Below are positions 56,701 to 64,000 of a DNA stretch of 64,000 nt, piece after piece. The position numbers and the translations under genes were made by a program. Every line of letters starts with the position of its first letter. Within the stretch, counting starts at the first letter, position 1. Origin of the DNA: Antedon mediterranea (taxonomy: Eukaryota; Animalia; Echinodermata); contig NC_092672.1 in the NCBI RefSeq assembly GCF_964355755.1, forward strand, positions 20,783,237 to 20,847,236. The letters are read 5' to 3'. A model generated the notes under the pieces. It saw nothing but the letters and a program-made list of their open reading frames with translations. It was not told where the DNA came from and searched no databases.

Positions 56701-59700
56701 TTCTTTCAGTTAACCATAAAGGACTTAATGTAATTAGCATTTTGCAATTTAAATGATTGAAATCCGATTACCCGTTCTAAAGTTATGGTTATTTAAAGTG
56801 GTAAAAAATGTACGATTTTTTGCTTAAAAATGGTGTTTTTTGCAGTTAAAATTGGAAGCATTTTTAAAAGGTTATAACTTTAACAATAATGAGTTAAAAG
56901 TTTTGAATTTTGTTAAACCTATAGATATCAGAGAGTTGTAAAACTCTATTTTTTTTGGAGCCTCAACGAAACCTATTTTTAAAATAAACTCATTTAAAAT
57001 AATCAATGTTAATTAAAACAATTAATTGTTTACCTGAATAGTATATATAACATTTTAAAAATGGTTTTCTTTTCGTATTTCTAACCGTAAGTATGTTATT
57101 AAATTGAAATACGGAGCTAAAGTTTAGGCCAAGTAACGGCTTACTCGCGATCAGCAGTAGCTCCCGTCAAAGTATTTCGGTCGCAGTTAATGACTTTCCA
57201 CCGCCGTATACAGAGTCAAATGTAACGTTGGTAAATTAGCTTAATAAATGTCTTCGGTACATTTAAACCTAACGCATTTGCATTGTATACTTGCATAATA
57301 AATCTTCCGCACATTACACCAATTTAAAGTTGTTAAATTAATGTCTAAAATCAGATATTCTACGATGGAAAAGGACATGTCAAGCTCCGACATCGCTGCT
57401 GTCACACATCTCGCGTCGAGCCGGCCGAACTCGAGCGAGGAAAACTAAAACAACGTGTTGAAAATATGGAACGTACCATTCGCTGATAGGGTGCATTAAT
57501 GTATTTAACGGAAAACACCCCAACAAACGCGCGCGTATTTTACAGTACAATATTTTACTCACTACAATATTCACCGGATTATAATGGTTGAATCTTTAAA
57601 ATTCCGAACGGGATTTACGCCTCATGCACCAGTTTAAAAATGTAGATCGCTTGACGACCATAGGAAATACATTAATAAACGATGTTTTATCGAATAAAAT
57701 AATGATTTCGCTTCAATTTATTACCGAATTCGATATTTTTTGATCATGCGCAATGGGTCAAAATAATACTTTTCTCACGAAAATTGATATTTCAGACTGA
57801 TAAACCTGTCCGTACCAGCCTTTTTACGTATCAAATTAAAGCTTATTCAAAATCTGATAACATACAAAAGAAATCACTCCGCTAGCTCTGACGGCCATCA
57901 AGCGATCGTGTTTTGAAAACAGGCTAGGGCTTTTCCGAATATTTTTTATCGCGCAAAAATTCGCTGGTTTCCGTTTTAGACTAATTTTGAAATGATGTTT
58001 TCGCTGGAAATACTTGATCAATTTTAATAAAAAACACATGTAAGTGAACAATAAAACACATTCTTTCAATATAGTTAATTTGTATTAAAATACAATCAAA
58101 ATTACTGTAGTAATTTTAACATCAAAGTCATATCACTTTATAGAATTTCGTGAATTTTTCAAAACTGTCACTACGTATCGCGCGTTCATTGGGATACCTA
58201 TTATAACACTATTATATTGGTCCCATGACAGAATTCAGCTTGTTAAAGCCATAAAAAAGTTAATAAATGAATCAGTTAATGAGATGTAGTAGTAAAATAA
58301 ACATTTTCTATGCATATTATTAGTTAAAAAATGAAAAAAATATTGCTAAATGTGTATGAAAATGGTCTGAATCAAATCAATAAAGGAAAACACCAGAAAC
58401 GTAACATTATATTACCTATATTATTTTCATCTGATAATATTTTTTACAACACCGTCTATTTTTCCAATTTGTTTTTAAAGTGCCTCAAAGTTTATGTACA
58501 AAAGAATAGAGATTTTACTGTGTAATTTGAACTTTACTGTAGAAAAATAAAAATCCAAATTATTCTGTGATATTATAAAAAACAATTATGGATAGATTAT
58601 TAGGATGTATGATCAATAGAAATTGTTTGCCTATTAAGAAATTTTTTGCCTTTGACTATTATATTATATGACAGACAGAATTTAGCTTGTTAAACCCATA
58701 ACAAAGCTAATAAATGAATTGTATAATAGTAGTAAAATGAACAGAATATTGCTGGATGTGTAAATGTGTATGAAATTGGTTTGAATCAAATCAATAAATA
58801 AGAATAATTCCATCTATTTATTCATAGGAAAATTGTTATGGAATATAGTTTTATTGAATTTAATCTTAATAGATAAATCTTAATTTACTCTGTGAACATG
58901 AATGTAAATTGAAAAGATAGGACCATATCCAACTGAAACAAGGATGAACCAAGGTAAATATTAGTTTAAAAAAAGGTTGTATTGAAATAGAATCTACAAC
59001 AATGAAGAGTTTATAAACAATTGTAATACGTTTATATAATGCAAAGTCATTTACATCCATTGATTAAAATATAAAGTTATGCTACAATAACTTGGCATAT
59101 ATTTTTGTTAATTAGCTTGTACTGAAATTTGAAATTTGTCTATATAAGTTCTTTTAAAAGTAATCTTTTAACATTAATGTTAGAAAATGCTAAACTTAAA
59201 ATTACTAAAGTTGAACCTTACATATAGCTACTGTATGTTTATCCTCAAAAAAGTTTTGTTTGATAAAGTTGGATGATGGAGATAAATATGAATGAATAAA
59301 ACATGATAAAAGTGCAACTGCAGACTTTGCAAAGCACTGGTGATCACCATTGTCAGTGGTCTAAAATATGTCATAATGTTAAATGTTGGATACACTCTGA
59401 ACTTGTTACAGTTGTGTAGAACATTTAAGTCTAAGTTCAACTTTCTTGTTTTTCTTTGTTGTTTTTCACCTCTAATGTAGGTTGTTTAGTGTTAAACAAT
59501 TTCCCTTTATTTTTTGTTTACTATAATTTACTACTGTATGTGTGTATGTATATTTAAATAAATGTTAAGAAATAAACATCTTTTTGAATAGACTAAAAAT
59601 ATTTCAAATCATCACCTAGTTATGCTAATGATGATTTGTTTATTTTTACATTTTGTATGACATTGTAATGGTGGTTTGATACTGTAATTATTATGTAAGG

Positions 59701-60639
59701 TGATTTGTTAAAAACTAGCTACGGTAAATAACTTACAAAATTATATTTGTTTCGCTATTTCAGTTTTATTTATGTTTGTTAATCCTGAGTATTAAGAATA
59801 AATGTGGCAGATATACTATCTGTATCTTATATTGTATATGGAAAAAATAATTACAACCTAATAACAAAGAACTATAATTGTGGTGTGTATTAACAGATCA
59901 CTTTAGCTCTCAACCAAAATCTGCATCATCATTCTTGGGATTGGTGGTGGTGACTATAACAAGGAGGTGGTTGGAGTTGGTGGTGATGTTGTTGAAAGGA
60001 ATTAAGGAGAGTATGGCGGAGAGTATGGCAAATGAGTATGAGGATAATTATAAAATAAATGAATACAGTCTATATGTCTATCAACTAGCATCTTTTATCA
60101 TTTGTACCTCTATGTGTTATATAGGTAGAATCATAGTGTTTCAAAAGTTATTAAACAGTTTTGTGAATATGAACTAAAAAAATTGAAATTTTGTGTAATA
60201 GAAGTGTACATAATTCCGACTTAATTACTGTATATCTACACTTTGGAATAATAAGGATTATATTTCAATAGTATGTTGCTGTAGTTTTCATTGTTTTATA
60301 AAGAGTTCAATGGAAGTGTTTAAACATGACAAAATGTATAGTGTCATAGCAATTTTTATAACTAAATATCAGAGAAAAAAATATATTGAAAAACTCCAAA
60401 TAATGCCAATTCTAGCATCAATACAGTTAAATAAAAACATTAAATAGCATTATAACATGCAGATATTATTACTCAAAAGATCATTATATTTAAAATACAA
60501 AATATAAAAAAATATGACTATGAAAGAATGTATAACTTACTCTGTCTTGGATATTGATGTCTGACCCTGCATCAACCAGAAGGTTACAGCAGGCTGAGTA
60601 ACCTGCCATAGCTGCCAAATGCAAAGCTGAGCGTCCAAC
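20242..60639 (-). CDS. Ankyrin repeat - ROC GTPase - COR - tandem death effector domain protein (ROCO family); possibly a disrupted allele
   Basis: Minus-strand exons: 60639-60541, 40635-40528, 38041-37957 (ankyrin); 36071-35915 (GKEGAGKTS); 35532-35431 (STDGI); 35094-35026; 34906-34776 (WDYAGQ); 30512-30423; 30300-30118 (LVATHVD); 28291-28049, 27857-27663, 27496-27335, 27125-26838, 26596-26516, 26001-25791 (COR-like); 25547-25518; 22375-22331; 22174-22124; 20774-20242 (DED-like). Phases are consistent except at the 35431/35094 junction. Linkage of the 60.6-kb exon is inferred. Confidence 0.75.
21130..21530 (-). mobile_element. Degenerate CR1/L2-like LINE ORF2 C-terminal fragment
   Basis: LVQPSFNFCSIIY...IDRTHNKFL...RRARQDLHFLYK matches the LINE RT C-terminal pattern. 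Confidence 0.55.
22460..23270 (-). mobile_element. Older partial copy of the non-autonomous Helitron
   Basis: Homologous to 24130-25169; 5' A|TCTATATATAAA end at 23270. Confidence 0.7.
23721..25169 (-). mobile_element. Non-autonomous Helitron, full length
   Basis: On - strand 5' TC...hairpin...CTAG 3'; inserted between A and T without TSD; joined flanks (cttatgtgga|tactgatag) recreate the adjacent repeat unit. Confidence 0.85.
25170..25450 (+). repeat. ~41-bp minisatellite, ~7 copies
   Basis: tcttatgtggatactgatagtttcatgttatcattttttta with a variable T-run. Confidence 0.95.
25791..28291 (-). CDS. ROCO COR-region exons (six exons)
   Basis: Open phase-0 exons: EVPVKWVNLQE, AIEYMNDIGIILH..NTVITD, GILEERLLRYLW, MKTFGLLF, RVFLVPSRM. 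Confidence 0.8.
29519..30065. mobile_element. MITE with ~70-bp TIRs
   Basis: tacccctttcacaccaacctagcaacaccggggtt... at 29585 is inverted at ~29995-30065; an extra TIR start lies at 29519. Confidence 0.75.
30118..36071 (-). CDS. ROCO ROC GTPase exons
   Basis: G1 MFLGKEGAGKTS, G2 STDGI, G3 IWDYAGQLDYYITHRFFLT, G4 LVATHVD. Confidence 0.85.
30820..31797 (+). repeat. 89-bp minisatellite, 11 copies
   Basis: gataccagaccc...ggaactaacttgacatgatgtgtattgctatgtatg units at 30831, 30920, 31009 and onward. Confidence 0.95.
32440..33850 (-). mobile_element. CR1-like LINE 3' fragment interrupted by the Helitron
   Basis: Joined flanks read RRNSFSFRVVLLWNGLSDYVVSASSLNLF-K-NRLNEAWVNHP in frame. Confidence 0.65.
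32550..33739 (+). mobile_element. Non-autonomous Helitron, second full copy
   Basis: 5' TCTATATATAAATTTACG ... CTAG|T 3'; reverse complement of 23721-25169 with an internal deletion. Confidence 0.85.
36470..36652. mobile_element. Helentron/HINE-like fragment
   Basis: tgacct motifs, short CA tract, terminal hairpin acctccttggcagaggtaat. Confidence 0.5.
38455..38690 (+). repeat. Degenerate ~20-bp tandem array, likely transposon-internal
   Basis: agaggtggtcgcttacaag-like units. Confidence 0.6.
38885..38985 (-). pseudogene. Degenerate duplicate ankyrin exon
   Basis: GNPPLHECLIQSPKPTSEIVKFLIKKDSALLT*; similar to exon 40635-40528 and its upstream intron, but no acceptor AG and an in-frame stop. 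Confidence 0.55.
40528..40635 (-). CDS. Ankyrin-repeat exon
   Basis: Phase 0-0 exon DGNTPLHEHLEYNPHPTLEMVTSLINKGASVTSQNK. Confidence 0.8.
42560..43875 (+). repeat. Diverged direct duplication (42560-42830 and 43630-43875)
   Basis: catgttggataaggtattcagattaaggtgta...ttcagatgggta in both copies. Confidence 0.7.
48913..49660. mobile_element. Degenerate TIR element or MITE
   Basis: ccctttTcaca...tgtgaaagg motifs related to the 29.5-kb MITE termini. Confidence 0.35.
49900..51450 (+). mobile_element. Highly degenerate LINE RT fragment
   Basis: YGIWGPFLDWFKNYFTDQ-like remnant near 50235-50290. Confidence 0.4.
52299..52424 (-). repeat. 3' LTR (126 bp)
   Basis: Matches the 5' LTR except one substitution and a 5-bp insertion; adjacent PPT. 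Confidence 0.92.
52627..53716 (-). pseudogene. pol: Gypsy integrase
   Basis: HHCC (LHEGHLG...CSGC), RIHIDYAGP, VSDNGPQF, TNGLAERFVQ. Confidence 0.92.
53690..54800 (-). pseudogene. pol: Gypsy reverse transcriptase with truncated RNase H
   Basis: RLCGDYK, KLDLKQAY, RLVYGIASAP, CLLDDM, TDASPYGLGAILSH, then an abrupt jump to the post-RNase H linker. Confidence 0.9.
54769..56088 (-). pseudogene. gag: Gypsy gag plus aspartic protease
   Basis: Two CCHC knuckles (CYRCNKGGHKANDC, CHNCKKKGHIKAAC), protease IVDTGS; frameshift at ~54803. Confidence 0.9.
56182..56302 (-). repeat. 5' LTR (121 bp)
   Basis: Followed on the - strand by a PBS complementary to the tRNA-Ser(GCU) 3' end. Confidence 0.92.
56485..58800 (+). 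repeat. ~400-bp tandem duplication, first copy interrupted by the TIR element
   Basis: aaaacaccRgaaac...catctgataatatttttt and gaatcaaatcaataaa each occur twice. Confidence 0.7.
56660..58199. mobile_element. Non-autonomous DNA transposon with 15-bp TIRs
   Basis: AGGTATCCCAATGAA / TTCATTGGGATACCT, flanked by ATTATAAC(T/A) direct repeats; part matches 32225-32390. Confidence 0.75.
60541..60639 (-). CDS. Ankyrin-repeat exon (33 aa)
   Basis: 99-nt phase 0-0 exon VGRSALHLAAMAGYSACCNLLVDAGSDINIQDR with ttttag acceptor and gtaagt donor. Confidence 0.85.
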
Positions 60640-61331
60640 CTAAAATATAAAATCATACAAGTTACATCTTTTACATATTTATTGGTTAATTAATATTTTA
60701 TATAATTATACATCCATTAAGTGTCAATTTTCAAATTCAATTTGTAACTTCTATTTGCTGTGTGATCATATACGCAATGCACACAAATACTATCAAATTA
60801 GCTTTTTTACATTTTATTTCTAATTTTGTATACATTTTTATTATTATTCCAGTTTTTACATAAAAATGTTGTTGCCTGGTATTTAAATTATTTAACTTTT
60901 TTTAAATTTAATATTGTTTAAATATTAAATTACTGGATTAGTTTGGTGTACAAACTTTTACTTTCAGGGGCATGTTTAAAACTTTAATATATTTAAATTA
61001 TCCTTTGTGCGATCATAGAGCAAAGAAATAGTTCATTGCTCTATGGTGTGATGGTGGCATTAGCTAGTACAAGTTATTGTGAGTGTAGCATATCCTATTT
61101 TATCGATTGCTTTGGTACTTTCACTTCAATTGGAAGCTTTGCACATGGAATATTATTTTGTATGTAATGCAAATCTATTATTTTATATTATCAGAGATAA
61201 TGGCCTGCACTATTCTAAAGAAAGATTTGTTAGTGTACCAACAAAGCATTGTCCGTCTTGAGAGGTTTGACGTACACACATTAGTCTAAATATTGATTGT
61301 AACAATATTAATGTTGAGTTTAATCTGATAA

Positions 61332-61440
61332 GAAAACAAGGCCATATACATGGCTGCAGTCGTGTGTGCAAATTTGAGTTAGTGTTCACCGACCGACCAA
61401 CATAGTGAGCTGTAGAGTCACGTTGCACACGACTAAAATA
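61332..61440. mobile_element. Mini HINE-like element
   Basis: aacaagg start, (ccga)n, terminal gagtcacgttgcacacgactaa hairpin. Confidence 0.4.
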
Positions 61441-62184
61441 GATAAACAAGTTAATTTTAGACATCTTTTTGAACCACATAACAGATATATGTATAAACAT
61501 GTTTTCATTTTTTTAATTTGTTAGATCAAATGGACAGTTTTTAGAAATACCATGACCATTTTCATACCTCCCTGGATAGCTCAAGCCTGTCTTTAAAGTG
61601 GGTGAAGGTTTGGCTGATGCCAAACAAATCATATCAATGTAAAAAATATTAAAATTTATACATTTTAATAGATTTTATAACATCTTTATTATTTGTGTTT
61701 TATATTTATTGAATTGACTTATTAAAATGATTAAAATTTACACCCAAAAAAATGTTATATTCTTTTTATTTCAAGGATATAACAAAAACAATCACTGGAA
61801 ATAAGACATTATACAGTAATTATAAAAGAAATAATAAACATTATTTATTCATATGTATACATACTGACATTTCAAACAAATTTAATGCAACTAACAATTA
61901 TCTAATAAAAAATTATATAAATCCTGTATAACTAATTTAAAACAAAAATAAATAATCTGATATTAATATATTATTTTGATGAACATTGAAGACAAAAAGT
62001 TCAATATATTGTGTATAGGATGTGAATAATATTCACTGAGGCTAAAACTTTCATAGTAGACCATGCTCACCAGGAGTATACCTATAAACAAATAAAGTGC
62101 TGTATGTTCCATAATCATTGCTTATCCCATCAAAATTTGTTATACTTCAGTAAATAAAATAAATAAAAAATAAAAAAGTTAATT

Positions 62185-62990
62185 TTCGCACCAGTCCTTT
62201 TAGTCCAAGAGCATTAGGGTTTGACCCGGAAATTTCTGGTAACAAGCTAATTTTTTCAGGAAAGGTCGAGAACTATGATTGGAACATCATACTAAAAGTC
62301 CCAAAAAATCCTCCTTGTGCTCTCCGAGAAATCCAAGATGGCGTCCAAAATGGCTGCCATTTTAAATTGGTCTATAACTTTGTAACCGCTTGTCGTAGAG
62401 TATCGATTTTGGTGTCAAATGGTTCAAAATATATACATTCCTATTTGCTCTAACAGACAATTTTGTCAAAAAATGGCCGCTACTACAGTTTCTGGCAGTT
62501 TGACCTTTGACCTGGTCTTATCATATCTCGGTAATGGCTTGTCATAGAGAATTAAGATTAGGCCCAAATTGTTCAGAACATGCATATTTTTATTTGGTGT
62601 AATGAAATATGTTATCCCAAAATGACCGGAAGTGAGGTTATTGACCTCTTATTGACCTATTCATATCTCTTTACCGTATCTCAAGAAATATTTGTCGTAG
62701 AGCATTACTTTTGGTGTCAAATTGTTTGGAACATATACATTTCTATTTAGTCTAATACAACAGTTTGCCCTAAAAAGCTCGGAAGTAAGTTAATTTATTG
62801 AAAACTTTAAAAATCAAAGCTACATAGGCAGAGGATATGAATACTGTTGAAAAAATCGAAATTTTAACTCTGCCTTAAAACATGTTCTGGGCATAGCACA
62901 TCATCAGGTAACCTTGAGGGTAAATTTTCCTGTAAGGGTATGAACTATACAAGAAAAAAACCAAAATAATCATTTATTTAACTTCGATAG
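62185..62990. mobile_element. Probable non-autonomous DNA transposon remnant with internal repeats
   Basis: Repeated tgtcgtagag...ttttggtgtcaaat blocks, tgacct motifs, caagatggcg/aaaatggc motifs. Confidence 0.4.
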
Positions 62991-63344
62991 AACAAAGAAT
63001 ATCATGGGACACGTTAATTGAAATTCTCATACTAGTTATGGTTGAAAAGTTATTGCTACAAAATGTCACCTATATGTAGATGTCATGAATACATTTTAAA
63101 TGCGTTATTCGTCTGTAACTCGCATTACAGTACATACGCGAATTAGTGCTTTTGTTGAAATCACGTCATTATTTTTATTATTTATTATAGAAATTATGAT
63201 AATTATTTTTGTTCAGAGAAGTAGAAATTTTATGTAATTTACATACATACATATAGACTTTATGATACTGTGAGTGTGAGAATGAAATGTTCAGGTCATA
63301 TACATTTCGCATGGAAATGCTCAATTGGCAGGGAACACTATGTA

Positions 63345-63652
63345 CATGGAATATGGCGCAGTGTGTTGGACGTTGGACTACCGATCGTCAGACCTAGGTT
63401 CGAATCCAACTCTCGCCGCATTGCTTGCAAGATACTTTACTTACGTTGCCTCTCTCCGCCCAGGTGTATAAATGGGTACCCAGTTAGATCTAGACACAAC
63501 TTTGCGCTGGTTACCGGCTGCATTATGGGAGTATGTTCCATACGTGTTTGATCCCAAAAAATACTGGGGTAATAATGCTTGTAAAGCGCCTTTGAGCATG
63601 ATTACTCATGAAAAGGCCGCTATATAAATGTGGTATTATATATATATTATAC
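63345..63652 (+). mobile_element. tRNA-derived SINE with CORE-like domain and L2-like tail
   Basis: A box tggcgcagtg, B box ggttcgaatcc, central ctctccgcccaggtgtataaatgggtacc, tail tgtaaagcgc...gctatataaatg...tattat. Confidence 0.75.
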
Positions 63653-64000
63653 TCCGGATTGTCAAAAACCTAAAGTTAAAGACCATTTTATTTGTAAAAA
63701 TAATGCATTTTGAAACATGAAACCAGGTAATTCCTTGTTTTAAAAGAGAATGCACTCTTGAATGTTCTCTCTAACCTCATAACGTCATAACTTTTGGGCA
63801 AACATGCAACAACACCCATACAGATGAACATGATGATAATGATGTGAAACACCAAGATGTTGAAGATGCAACATCAGATGATGAATGACTGTAACAGAAT
63901 GCTGCTGATCAATGTTGAAGTGATTTAAAGACCCTTTATTTTGCATATTTTTAATATTTAATAAATCATAGGGCATATGGCGATACTTTTTTCATCTTTA

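Noticed and set aside
63345-63420. tRNA gene (also 13545-13625)
   Set aside because: A/B boxes present but no proper acceptor stem; the 63.3-kb copy continues into a SINE body and tail
63785-63976. His/Cys-rich ORF at the window end
   Set aside because: Low-complexity by-product of gat/cat-rich sequence; no splice or homology support within the window

Overview
AT-rich eukaryotic (metazoan, probably marine invertebrate; inference) genomic DNA with two convergent multi-exon genes. On the + strand is a myosin XIX (MYO19)-like gene: 21 exons, 284-16023, about 1034 aa in window, all splice phases consistent, 5' end probably upstream. On the - strand is an ankyrin-ROC-COR-tandem-DED (ROCO family) gene, about 60639-20242, with an apparent frameshift and a premature stop inside the ROC region. 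Introns hold many repeats: a near-complete but defective Ty3/Gypsy LTR element (52299-56302), three non-autonomous Helitron copies, Helentron/HINE-like elements, TIR elements, SINEs, LINE fragments and minisatellites. Unusual signals: minisatellites that repeatedly duplicate MYO19 splice sites, 5-bp TA(CTG/CAG)TA insertions resembling Tc1/mariner excision footprints, ~30-bp palindromes with 7-bp TSDs resembling P-element excision scars, and a possible hydrophobic tail anchor on the myosin. All calls were made by eye; no searches were run.
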